From Octopus vulgaris (Eukaryota), in the NCBI GenBank assembly GCA_951406725.2, contig OX597818.1, positions 100,688,001 through 100,752,000 of the forward strand: 64,000 nt of DNA, in the 5' to 3' direction. Of the stretch, positions 12,991 through 27,138 are shown in pieces. The notes under the pieces were generated by a model. That model saw nothing but the letters and a program-made list of their open reading frames with translations. It searched no databases and was not told the origin of the DNA. Both the position numbers and the translations under genes were made by a program. Each line of letters starts with the position of its first letter. Position 1 is the first letter of the stretch.

Positions 12991-13340
12991 TCGAGGTGGT
13001 ATCAAGATGTTGCCGGACTAGTTTTGTAGCACGCCAGTGATGGCAGGATGAGATTGCGTGAGCTTAGAGAGCTACTATAAATATTCATAGGCCAAAAACA
13101 ATATGGTATCGCATCTGCACCCTCCCTATTTTCCAGATGTAGCACCTGCAGACTTCCATCTCTTCCCCAAATGAAAATGCAATTCAAATGTCACCGTTGA
13201 GGAGATGAAGAATAAATCGCAGGACCTCCTCGATAAGCTTACGGAAGGCGACATCCAAGCCAGATTTCAAAAGTGGCAGGAAGGCTGAAACCGGAGTGTT
13301 GCGGTGCAAGGTGACTATTTTGAAGGAAATGATGTTAAAA
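12991..13340 (+). mobile_element. Internally deleted mariner remnant
   Basis: TIR-like start cgaggtggtatcaagatgttgccgga. Reads HPPYFPDVAPADFHLFP ... FQKWQEG*NRSVAVQGDYFEG. Confidence 0.8.
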
Positions 13341-13344
13341 GTTA

Positions 13345-13527
13345 GGTAGGAGTGGCTGTGTGGTAAGTAGCTTGCCTAGCAACCACATGGCTCCGGGTTC
13401 AGTCCCACTGTGTGGCATCTTCGGCAAGTGTCTCCTACTATAGCCTCGGGCCGACCAAAGACTTGTGAGTGGATTTGGTAGACGGAAACTGAAAGAAGCC
13501 CGTCGTACATATGTATATATATGTATA

Positions 13528-13558
<31 letters not shown>

Positions 13559-13755
13559 TTGTACCCACCAACATCACTTGATAACCGATGCTGGTGTGTT
13601 TACGTCCCTGTAACTTAGCAATTCGGCAAAACAGATCGATAGAGTAAGTACTAGGCTTACAAAGAATAAGTCCTGGGGTCGATTTGTTCGACTAAAGGCG
13701 GTGTTTCAGCATGGCCGCAGTCAAATAAATGAAACAAGTACAAGAGTAAAAAAGT
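13345..13755 (+). mobile_element. tRNA-derived SINE family A (internal TA/TG microsatellite)
   Basis: A box tggctgtgtggtaag, B box ggttcagtcc. Conserved body ggcaagtgtc...gtagacggaaactgaaagaagcccgtcg. Five copies in the window. Confidence 0.9.
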
Positions 13756-13999
13756 AAATAAGATATTTACATAGGTAAATAAGTTATAGTTTATTCAAAT
13801 TATTCCTGGAACTCTTTCGTTTCACTTCTCTTTTTGGGTATCCTCTAGTAGTTATCTAATGAAGCTCGTTCACTGTTTATGGCTACCTGACATAATCCAC
13901 AGTAATTAAACAATTGCCGCTGGATATACCTCAGGAATTCCTCAGTGAATGTCGAGTCGATAACAAATGACGGAGACAGAAGATAGAATGTACGAGAAA

Positions 14000-14125
14000 G
14001 TTTATTGCTCACAACGATCGTTTCGACCCATCTCCCATCGATCTCTAGCAGGTGAGATACTGTACAACTAGTTGTAGTATATCCTCTAGTAAGGTGATGA
14101 TATGAGGTATCTCGTTAAATAACTC
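14000..14125 (-). mobile_element. Decayed Penelope-like terminal segment with hammerhead remnant
   Basis: Minus: ggtc-GAAA-cgatcg-TT-gtgagc-AATAAA with a long internal hairpin. The CUGANGA box is decayed. Confidence 0.4.
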
Positions 14126-14252
14126 TATGTATCCCTCCGTTTTAATAGGCTGAAGATGACGCTTTTTAAGCTCTTTGTTGTAATCCAAACATGGCTAACC
14201 AAATCTACAAGTGAGAAACATTAGGGTCTCTAAAGACAATATATTTAAACTC

Positions 14253-14678
14253 GTATTCCTGTTTCATTGGCAAATACAAAGAATGATTTCGAGTTATTTA
14301 GTATAAGATTCCAGAGTATATTTTAAAATAATAGTTCAAACAAGAATTGTGAGTTCACCATATAAATTGCCAGCGAACGTTTCTGATATACTAGTGTTGC
14401 GCAATAAATTGGTGCGTTGATTTTCTGTTAATCGATTCATAAATCAAATCGATATGATATCAAAACGATCTATGAAATAAAGGTCAGCATATCTTTCTCA
14501 AGGAACACCTACTCTGTGAAATATTATAGAAAAGAGATCAGTTAAACTGTAGTAGTATTAGTAGTAGTAGTAATAATAGTGGTAATGGTGGTGGGGGTGG
14601 GGGTAATGGTAGTGGTAGTAGTAGTAGTCGTAGTAGTGGTATTGGTGGTGGTGGTGGTGGTGGCGTTAATGCTAGTGT

Positions 14679-14714
<36 letters not shown>

Positions 14715-15264
14715 CAGTAGTAGTGGTGGTCGTGGTGGTGGTCGGGGTAATGCTAGTGTTAGTAGTAGTATTAGTAGTTGTAATAGTTTCCTGAGTATTG
14801 ATAGATGATTTAAGTCCAAGCTAGAAGAACATATGAAGAATATATTCATACGGAGGCGTGCTGAAAAGTTCCTGGAAAGAAAAGAAAATAGGATCAGTTA
14901 AATTTTATTTTACTTAACATATTTCACTCACACATTAATAGCAGCGGTCCTTCAGTTCTTGTAAGCCCTGTAAAAGAACGCGGAAGTTTGGGCCACCAAC
15001 CCAGCCTTTCACGATGCCATTAAAGCCTGGGACTTGTCGACAGTCCCTCGTATATGAATTTATGTATTTCTGTATGTGAAAATAAAAGGAGAGGTATTCC
15101 TGTTCCATTGGCAAATACAAAGAATGATTTCGAGTTACTTAGTATACGATTTCAGAGTATATTTTTAAATAATAGCTCAAACAAGAATGGTGATTTCACC
15201 ATATAAATTGCCAGCGAAAGTTTCTGATATACTAGTGTTGCGTAATATATTGGTGCGTTGATTT
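14253..15264 (+). repeat. Local ~170-bp direct duplication (14253-14423 and 15094-15264)
   Basis: gtattcctgt..cattggcaaatacaaagaatgatttcgag...ttggtgcgttgattt twice, about 90% identical by eye. Confidence 0.9.
14851..15050. mobile_element. Mariner-type MITE
   Basis: TA flanks. Imperfect TIRs cggaggcgtgctgaaaagttcctgg / cctgggacttgtcgacagtccctcg. Confidence 0.7.
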
Positions 15265-15357
15265 GATAATAATAATAATAATAATAAAAATAATAATATT
15301 AATAATAATAATAATAATAATAACAACAAAAACAACAACATCGAAAAATAATAATGC

Positions 15358-15420
<63 letters not shown>

Positions 15421-16350
15421 ATACTGAAATTTCCAACAAATTTCCAACAAATGTAAAGTATGTATTTGTAGATGAAATGCTGGCTCAACCTGCGAGTGAA
15501 GGACGCTGGAATCAATACTGTCAACTGCATATAAACGCACACAGACAGATATACAGACTCCACCTCACACAAACACAAGCCACAATACATGACATGCTTT
15601 CTGTATGAATCGTTGGGCGTGTGTGGTTGTACTTGTGTGTCCGTAACAGTGCACGTATGTGTGTACAGAAATGTCTATATATGAGGGTAAATCCGTGACG
15701 GCGTGTACTTGAGTGCATACATCTGCATAAACTTATTTCCTTAGGACATTGATATATTTTATTACTGTGAGACTGTGCTAATCATTCCTACTTCTAGATC
15801 TGATGAAAGCTTTCGATTCGTATCGTTTTGCCTCGTGTTCAACTGGTATTTTGATTTCTTATCCACACTTCTCTTTCCTGATCGGTAGGGTCTGATATGA
15901 GAAAATAAGTGTTGCATATATTTTTTGCAGCTTCGGAGGCAGGGATCCCAGGTCGGTCCGTAATCGGCAAATGTATCTTTCTAAAGAAATCTAAACATAT
16001 TTTTCGTTTCTTCCTAAGTACTTGAAAATTATGCTTAAGAGCCATTTCATTGCAGCCACATATAAGAAACACGTACAGGACAACAATGTATGGATTATGA
16101 CAATACACGTACGTGTGTTTTTCTCATTATATATATACATATATAAATATACAGTTCTATATTTAAGAGTGGAGGAAATATGTACCTTATTTATATTATT
16201 TTCATTATTTGTCCTCATCTTGTTTGTTGTTATTTACCCACCTGCCTTCTTCAGGTTTCTTGGGTAAATTTCGAACCTGGGTTCTCATTCCTAAGGTATT
16301 TTTCGATGTTGTGGTTGTTGTTGTTGTTGTTGCTGTTGTTGTTGTTGTTG

Positions 16351-16424
<74 letters not shown>

Positions 16425-16550
16425 TGTTGGAGTTAGTAGACTGCGGTCATAACCACTACGCCATATGCCCACGGTTATAGTAACCCATTACAGCACTTAC
16501 CTGGCGTACCTAATCCTTTAGATCACGCGTGAACTAAATCTCCATATTTG

Positions 16551-16582
<32 letters not shown>

Positions 16583-16609
16583 CTCATATGTATATATGGG
16601 CACATATAT

Positions 16610-16704
<95 letters not shown>

Positions 16705-16745
16705 CATGTCTATATATGTATATAGATAGATAGATAGATAGATAC

Positions 16746-16797
<52 letters not shown>

Positions 16798-18980
16798 GCA
16801 GGTAGATATTAGGTGAGAATGAGAAAGAGGAATGTGAGTGACAGAATGGGGAATATTGATTAGAAGATATTAAGTGTGATACAACGAAACAATATGAAAG
16901 ATATACATTTTCTACGTAAACATTTTTACTCTGATGCCAGAAAAAAAAATTGATCACACAGATATCAGTTATCTTTCGCTTCATCTAGAATCAACAAAAA
17001 GCATGATAGCTTATAACCACCAGATTGCATGCATGTTAATTGAAAAATTATTTGAGATAAAATACAGTTTACTAGTGTAATAAAAATCAAACACTAAATT
17101 TAAAATTGCTGGCATGTTTTACAATTTGAAAATTCTCCCTTCTTGTTAAAACTTGGTTTCCAGAAGCTCCAACAAACGAAGACTTAAACGAGTGATCATA
17201 ATAACAATCAGGGTCGTTTGAATGATATTTCATAATATATTTATACTTACAAATTACTTCTACACCTCTGATGAAAATAAAAGTTGTTCTGTATTAGCAA
17301 CTGAGTGGAATATACTAATTGTAAATGTAGTAATTCCTTTGTCTTATCTTTCTGTGTAAACTTTGCGTTCATTTCATGTTGTTATAAATATAACTAAATC
17401 CCGTAAGAGCTACAATACTGACATCCATTGCTCAATACCTATGATTTAACCCTCTCTTGGGTAACACGCTTTATTTCCTACCTGATTCTCTTTCAATCAC
17501 ATCTTTTCAAGTTTTGCTGCTTGATTAGTTCAGTAATCCCGAAATATTTGAGAGTTTGTATTTGATTTACTATTTTATCCTGTTTTTTCCTGGTTTTTAA
17601 TCAAGTATGTCAATAATATGTTCTCATTTATCAATGCAGCAACATGAGCAAATTCGGCAAATACTTCTTGGTGTTTCACTTAGTATATGAGTCACATTTT
17701 TGTGATAAATTACTGTCTTTGATATTTCACGGTTTAGTTTGTTCGTAGGTAGGTGCAATTCTGATTTGTTCTTTGTAGAATGAGCTGTGACATATGAGAC
17801 AACAAACGTCTACCTATAAGAGATACATTCATGTTTTTTATCTGAGACATACCAATGTATATAATTTATGTTTACGTGAGGTTTCAAAATGCTTGAAACA
17901 TAGGTTTGGGGTGTATATATCCGGTGCATTTCCAGTTTTCCATTGATTTTAGCGCCACAGCTAGAGCAGCATCTTCTATTACATCCCAATAGTATTTATG
18001 GTTTTTACTTTTTTGTAAATAAATTCTCATCAAATTACATTTAATTCTTTTCATATCAGCGCTATGCCAACTTCTATAATAATCCGTTTACGTTATAAAC
18101 AATTGTACGATGTGGAGTTAAATTATGTATTGTCATCAAACGTTGTTGAATCATTTCTTAAGGATGTCTTTTGCGTAATAAAGTGGAATATATGTTCGTA
18201 GATTAGAGTGTTGCATTATTTTGTTGTTTGTGCTATTTATCCAATGTTTAAAACTTTTTTTTTCGTTTAATTCAGTGATCGAATCGATGATTTCTATAAT
18301 GATAGTGAACATTTCCTCTGTTTCGCTCTTGAATTTCATTGATCCATGTGATAGCATTTACTTATTTGTTAGTTATTATATTTGAGTTTTGCCTGCAATA
18401 TATACTATATCTCCTCGTGTTTTTGAAGTTCATATGTATTCACTAAATCTACGTAAGCAAAATCTCATTTTTTTTCTCGCTAAATTTTATCATTTGGAGT
18501 GTTCCTTTGTTCTATAGGAAGATACTGTATCGATAATATTTCTTAAACTATTTTCACTTTTATATTACGTACATAATCAATATGTTCAACTGCTGAAATA
18601 GTTTTTGTTAAATCTTATTCATATTCCCTAACAATCGTGTTTCCTTTGTGTCACTGTGTTTCTATTTTTACGTGATTCTCATTGAGAGTTCCTTATGGTT
18701 TTTTTTAAAGATATTTTGTATTTTCATAATGGCTTACCTCTGTTACAGATTTGCATCTTCAATAAACTTTAATGTATTATATTCTAGATGTTTGTATTTG
18801 ATATTTTTGTGTGCTAGTACATTTTGTGTTATATTTCCCTGTGATCTGCTATTATGTCTCAAATAATACCGGTTTTGACAAATAAAAAACCGTCTCAAAC
18901 AAGCTTGTCTTTTGGGACTCATATTTAGATATAAATCAGATAAATGCTCCCTACACATGCGCATGCACAATCAGAGGCTT

Positions 18981-19028
<48 letters not shown>

Positions 19029-19765
19029 ACACACAGACATACTTGTGCGTGCGCATATATATATATATAACGTACTCGATCGTTGTATATACACACGTCT
19101 TACATTTCACTACCATTCTTTCCATTATATGACGAGTTTTCTAGTTACGGCTACGCAGATATTTCAATACGCAGTCCTTTTCATATAATATAGTTTTTAT
19201 TTCTATTGTATGTTCTTTCTTGTATGGAGACAAATGCGACTAGACCGCTCAGTTGCTGAGCTTCATTTAAAAGAATTATTTGTGGGGTTTAACTAACCTC
19301 TCAAGGAACCTTTGCCTCTATAATGTTTCAGCACTCTGTTAACATATTTTCCAATTTCACTCTTTATTTCATCAACTTAGATATCAATGAATAGTCGTAA
19401 TTTCTTTACGTTGATCATCATCATCTTTATATTTCACCAACTAAATAGCTCTGTTATGTATTTGTTTCATTACTAAGAACAATGAACGATACTATAACAG
19501 GCAAAATCTTATTGGAATCTTACACATACAGACTAAACAATAAGTCAACGAGTAAAAATCATGACCTTAATTGTGGGTATATTTTAGACGGGCACATAGG
19601 CAACAGAGTGTGAACAATAACTGAAATTATTGAGAAGAGAATTCTAAATAAATGATTGTCTTACAGAATCCTTTAGTTCAGAGAATATTTTGGTCACTAA
19701 AAGGGTCTTCCCCCGGGAACATTAAACCCCGAAACATAAGATGTATTTTCTTCCCTACACTTACC

Positions 19766-19924
19766 TATTTCTTTACTACCCACAAGGGGCTAAACATAGA
19801 GAGGACAAATAAGGTGAGACAAACAGATTAAGTCGATTATATCGACCCCAGTGCGTAACTGGTACTTATATAATCGACTCAGAAAGGATGAAAGGCAAAG
19901 TCGACCTCGGCGGAATTTGAACAC
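19766..19924 (-). mobile_element. 5'-truncated SINE family B with 18-bp TSD
   Basis: Matches family B body (gaaaggatgaaaggcaaagtcgacctcggcggaatttgaa). Flanked by ttcttccctacacttacc at 19748-65 and 19925-42. Confidence 0.88.
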
Positions 19925-21380
19925 TTCTTCCCTACACTTACCAATTTATATAATTTCAGTAACCACGTGCTTACAGTTTATGTTGTTTGAAAAATGTCAA
20001 TTTTTTTTTTAACTTTTGCGTTAATATTACTGAAAAACAAATATTTTCTGTAATTCCTCTGATCATGATATACATAGGGTTATACTGTCCATCGTATTCC
20101 TATTATAACATATTTTCCTGAGAGGGATGTTTGGCTAATACTCATAGCAGTTGATGCAACAGCGGAGAACTTCTCTCGTGGACACATTCCTATGTGAGTT
20201 TTTGCTGCAATTCCCATATTAAAGGTTGTTCCAAACTCGAAATATATCAGTTTCTAAGATAATTCTTCTATAAATTATGAGCCTTTGTCAGAACAAATGA
20301 TACGTTACGTTGAGCTAAAAATTATATTATTCGGAAATTCGTTGGCATCGAAAGACCGGGAAAACGTTTCTATTGAAAGCTGAATGATAGCGTGTATTAT
20401 AAGACGTTTGGTTTTAAAATTATTAGTGTTGAATGACTAATGAGTTGAGGATATGCTGTTAATTATTAGACACCGGTTGTTGAAGATATTTTAGCATTCT
20501 ATGCGATGAGATCGTAGCCTATTGATCTTGAGCCAGAAGAATAATGATGACAAAAGTATATCAGATTCCGAAGTCAAATAAATCATGCTAAGAATCATCC
20601 AAGGAGATTGGTGTTATTAAGGATCTACGCAGAACGGTTCGCTTGAATAAGTGATTTATTGTGAAGTACACAGTCATTTATTAAATATCAGCTGCAATTC
20701 TTATACTTAGCGTTTCTTTAAAACGTCTCGTACAGAAAGATTTGGACTAAAAAGCAATCTAGAAAGCTCTTAATAACCATGTTGTCGGATTATCGAAAAG
20801 GAAACAAACAACCATCTGATTACTTATATAGAGAAATGGACTTCGGAGGAGAATTTTATTCCCTGCACGTAAAGGGAAAATCAGATCTTTTCTGCTGCTT
20901 GTATTCTCATCCATCGAGTGAAAAATTATACACGCCATAGTAAACGGACTTTATATAACAGGTTTGTCCCAACATTGATTTAAAATAATACCAGCAAGTG
21001 ATATGTATAATTACACTCACTCACCGACACCCATACTTTTTGTGTAAATCACCCCCACTAACTCATATACACATGTATGTATTTGTCTCTTTGTCTGTCT
21101 GTGCATAAAACCACAGTTTCGCACATAGATAGCTGTATTATTTTAGGATGTATAAAAGTTGACACAACATGGCTGAAAGAAGTGATAGAAAAAGATAAAT
21201 TCTGTCTTCATAAAGAAGTTTCAAACGAAAAGAGTTGTACTGTAATAACTACATCACAAATTTCCAGAAACGTTATTGGCAATATCTAAACGAAGTTCCT
21301 TCGTTCATTTAATGTGGTTTTGCTATTTTCGCAATCACTAATGTCATTAACACAAATATAATTGGAAGAAGATATGAAAT

Positions 21381-21760
21381 AGGCATAAGAGTTGCTGTGT
21401 GATAAGTAGCTTGCTTACAAACCACGTGGTTCCGGTTTTAGTTCCACTGCGTGTCACCTTGGGTAAGTGTCTTCTTCTATAACCTCAGGCCGACCAAATA
21501 CTTTTGAGTGGATTTGGTAGACGGAAACTGAAAGTAGCCCGTCGTATATATGTTTACATATGTATGTGTATATGTTTGTGTGTCTGTGTTTGTCCCACCA
21601 CCAAAATCACTTGATAACTGATACTGGCGTGTTTACGTCCTCGTAACTTAGCGGTTCGGCAAAAGAGACGGATAGAATAAGTACTAGGCTTACAAAGAAT
21701 AAGCAAGGCGGTGCTCAAGCATAGCCACAGTCAAATGACTGAAACAAGTTTAAGAGTAAG
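21381..21760 (+). mobile_element. SINE family A
   Basis: Colinear with 13345-13755. Confidence 0.9.
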
Positions 21761-22066
21761 TCATGGATTTCAAAAATATAATATTTTGCAATGTTTACAT
21801 ATGTACATAATGTAAAAACTTAAGGAATATTTTGTAATTTCATAACAAAAATTATTAGAATCATAATTAGACAAGCTCTACTTGGCTCTGCACACATATG
21901 TACAATACTTTTAGTACAGCTGAAAGTAGATAAACAGTAAAGATAGACATGCACATACCAAAAGCGCTCAGGGTTACATTAGATTTATATTGAAAGGTGA
22001 GGGGCAAAATTACGCCTACTTAGAATTACAGCAACATCAACAACAACACCAACAAAAACAACAACA

Positions 22067-22124
<58 letters not shown>

Positions 22125-22984
22125 TTACTAATATTACAAGAATATTAGTAATAAACGTATGATTAATACAGAACTATGATTTATTAGATATATTTATTAT
22201 TCTTATATCAATGAGCATTTTTCTTTATTTTGTTCAATTGTTATTTTTTATTATTTTCTATTCTTTGACTTAATAAATAATTATAGTAATTCAATAATGA
22301 AAATACATAGAATAATTTAATGGCTTACAATTAGCTGATATATATGTCATAATCATTTACTGTTGGAGGGCTGCATGAACTCAAGTAAAGGAAATTTAGA
22401 TAAAATATTGGAAATTGAGATCAAGGAAATGCTTAGATGTTAAAATCAATGCTCGATATAAATTAGTGTTTAAATGCAAGTACTTAAATATGACCTAAAT
22501 AATAGAAATAATAATTTAGCCATTAGCGCAGAGAACACATACTTTGAAGAACAGTGAAATATATTTAAAAGAGAAAATTAAAAACATCATAATTGAAAGC
22601 ACGAGAGATTGAAAATATCAAAGAGAAATGACATTTTGCTAGGCATAAAATCGGGATTGGATATTAATGTAATTTCTAGAGGGGGTACAAATGCAGAAGA
22701 GTAATTAATAAGAATAATATTTAGAGATGAAAGAAAACAATGGAGAATTATTCGTTATACACTGGTTTGTACTATTTTAAAAAGATTATGAAACGACGAA
22801 CAGTCAGGGTATTTAGGTTATCGGATAAATATCATAAGGTATTTGCTCCAGCGCATTATATTCTGCTAAAATTATAGTAAAGTTACCTTTACGTTGCTTC
22901 ATTTTTGAGTCTATATAACTATCTACATGTTCAAACTTGTCATTGATATTGTTAGATTTTTAGTAGAAACTATGACATTACAAC

Positions 22985-23160
22985 CAGCCAGGCAAAGTCT
23001 TCGCTACCTTTGCGGCACCTGCCAGAGGGAGTGTTTGTCCTGGATAGGACTACACAGCCATAGCAGGAGATGTATTAGGACATGAAATGTAAAAGCCGGA
23101 CTAGATTATTTTATGCGCAACTCCATTGTCTCCCGAGACCATAAGGATGTCAACAACAAT
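22985..23160 (+). mobile_element. RTE LINE 3' end
   Basis: Reads YLCGTCQRECLSWIGLHSHSRRC (terminal C2H2 motif of RTE ORFs), then 3' UTR ccattgtctcccgagac...caacaacaat tail. Confidence 0.8.
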
Positions 23161-24359
23161 AATTGTTAGATTTTTTTTAAGAGAATGACGTTATTTCTTG
23201 AAGTAATTTGCGTTCTAATAAGGATGAGTGGGGACGTGTAATTGCACTTGTCTGTTATCAGTTACGTTGAGGCCTTTCACGCAAGAACGTATAAGGTATA
23301 TAACCCGAAACTACTATAAACTATATGAAATACAGAGAGAACGTACTACTGAAACTACAATTGTTGGCTAGTTTAACACATGGGCGAGAAAGGTGGAACA
23401 CTGGAAGGAAAGAAATGTAAGAGAGAAGGAAAAAAGTAAGAGCCTCCGCTGTTGTAATTGCTGAAGTTTCCTAGGTCAGTTAAAGTTAAAATAACGGACA
23501 GCCGCACCAGAAATAAACTAACACACTTAGACTGTTATAGGAATATATGAAAGTATTGAGGGAATTCAAACATGGCAGTGCTCATGATACTTTTACAGGC
23601 ATCTAGAAACGTTCGAAAACATACATTGACGCAAAGAACACTTTCTGAGAACAGACGCAAACATCGTTACAATTCAGAGGTGAGGCCAATGAAGATGCAT
23701 TATACCGCATGTGAAGTTAATAAATCTGAACAGTATTCAGTAGGTAACTCATATAAATATTGCGGAAAGTAAATCATATGCGCAATTCTCGTTTAGCGAC
23801 CCTTTGAACAGATGCCTTCAAATTTATCATTTATTAAGAGCGGAAAAACAGAATTTAAGCATCGCTGTTTTATAACAATAATGTCAAATGTCATAAAACA
23901 AATTTATAAATACAAAGGTATCATTGTCTTTACTGAAAATGAAGAAAACATCGTGTATAATCATTCACATGATTATACATGTGAGTACTAGTATTATGAA
24001 GGAGAAAGATGCTAGCGTATATCAGGATATGAAGTTGTCAAGCGTAAAATTGAAATTTGTGGACGTGATAGAATACGAAATAAATATCAGTATTATTAGC
24101 ATATACATGAATGATATATATGTAAGAAATATTTTCCCTAGGATATGAAAAGCAACTCTCAAATTACACTTCTAAATATGACCATGTAGAAGACAGTAAG
24201 AATATAGCGAAGATTGTTGAGATGCAAGGTATACTGGAAATTAATTTATCATGAATGCCCTGCGAGGCAATATTGCAACTTGTAATTCAATATAGAATGT
24301 TTATGATAGTTTCCTAAATCTCAATAATGGTGACGACGATGGCGATGGTGATTATGATG

Positions 24360-24422
<63 letters not shown>

Positions 24423-24685
24423 TAAGGATGATGATGATGATGATAGTAATAATTTCTATTTTTTGCCATAGGGAGGTCTATTGAGAAGGACAGGACAAGG
24501 ACAGTTTACATTTTATGTAGGCATTTACAGGAACAGATGCGGTGGAATGTGTGAGCGAGGGTGAGAGCTGAGATTAAATGTATCTATAATATACATGATC
24601 TCAATAATAATAACTATGATAATAATAATAATAATAACAACAACAACAATAATAATAATAATGATAATATTAGTGATGATAATGG

Positions 24686-24725
<40 letters not shown>

Positions 24726-24747
24726 AATAATAATAATGATGATGATG

Positions 24748-24825
<78 letters not shown>

Positions 24826-24828
<3 letters not shown>

Positions 24829-25356
24829 TTACCTCATGCAGTACCAGGCAGTGGCTCTCATGGCTTCTGAACTTAACTGATGAGAAGTATTATCATGTAT
24901 ATTGTTTTGTGTTGGTACAAAAGATGGGCTACATCAAATATTCTGCTTAATACCATAGATTTGCTTGTCAGTTGTTTGACAGTAACCGGTTGAGCATGTC
25001 CCTTAGTATCTGACGATATGTGCATCTCTGATTACATGCAGAAATAGTGGGGAAGTATCATAGCCGTGTGAAAAGAATTCTTAGAGGTTTGGATAATTCA
25101 CCTCTGGAAACATGGGTGTTTCGTTGAGCATTCTAAAACAACCCTTATTCAGGGACATTTTAAGCGACCAGGAGGAAATTCTAACTGGGCCCCACCTGCA
25201 AGGCCTTGATCTTTATCTTGATATGAGTTCACCATGTCGTGGTTGAGATGCATGTGCCTAGTGTACTCTTATCAGACGGGTAGTCATGATGGGTATACTG
25301 GGCTTTGTATATTTTACCCTAGTGTCACTTTGATGGCATGCACTGCTGCCTCAGTC
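24826..25356. mobile_element. Non-coding interspersed repeat embedded in (AAT)n, probably the UTR of an R4/Dong-type LINE
   Basis: Flanked by (AAT)n on both sides. The right end recurs at 35065-35172 with the same junction to (AAT)n. Confidence 0.6.
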
Positions 25357-25363
25357 AATAATA

Positions 25364-26875
<1,512 letters not shown>

Positions 26876-26962
<87 letters not shown>

Positions 26963-27095
26963 GATGAGGGTGGTGGTTGTGGTGGTGGCGTTGGTGGTAG
27001 TGTTGGTGGTGGTGGTGGTGTGTTGGTGGTGGTGTTGGTGGTGGTGTTGGTGGTGGTGTTGGTGGTGGTGATGGTGGTGATGGTGGTGGTGATGG

Positions 27096-27132
<37 letters not shown>

Positions 27133-27138
27133 AATAAT
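26876..27138. repeat. Compound trinucleotide microsatellite (AAT/GAT/GGT)
   Basis: Directly visible. Confidence 0.95.

Noticed and set aside
20722-20940. Stop-free ~70-codon frame (KIWTKKQSRKLL...)
   Set aside because: No motif and no convincing splice sites. Length is compatible with chance.
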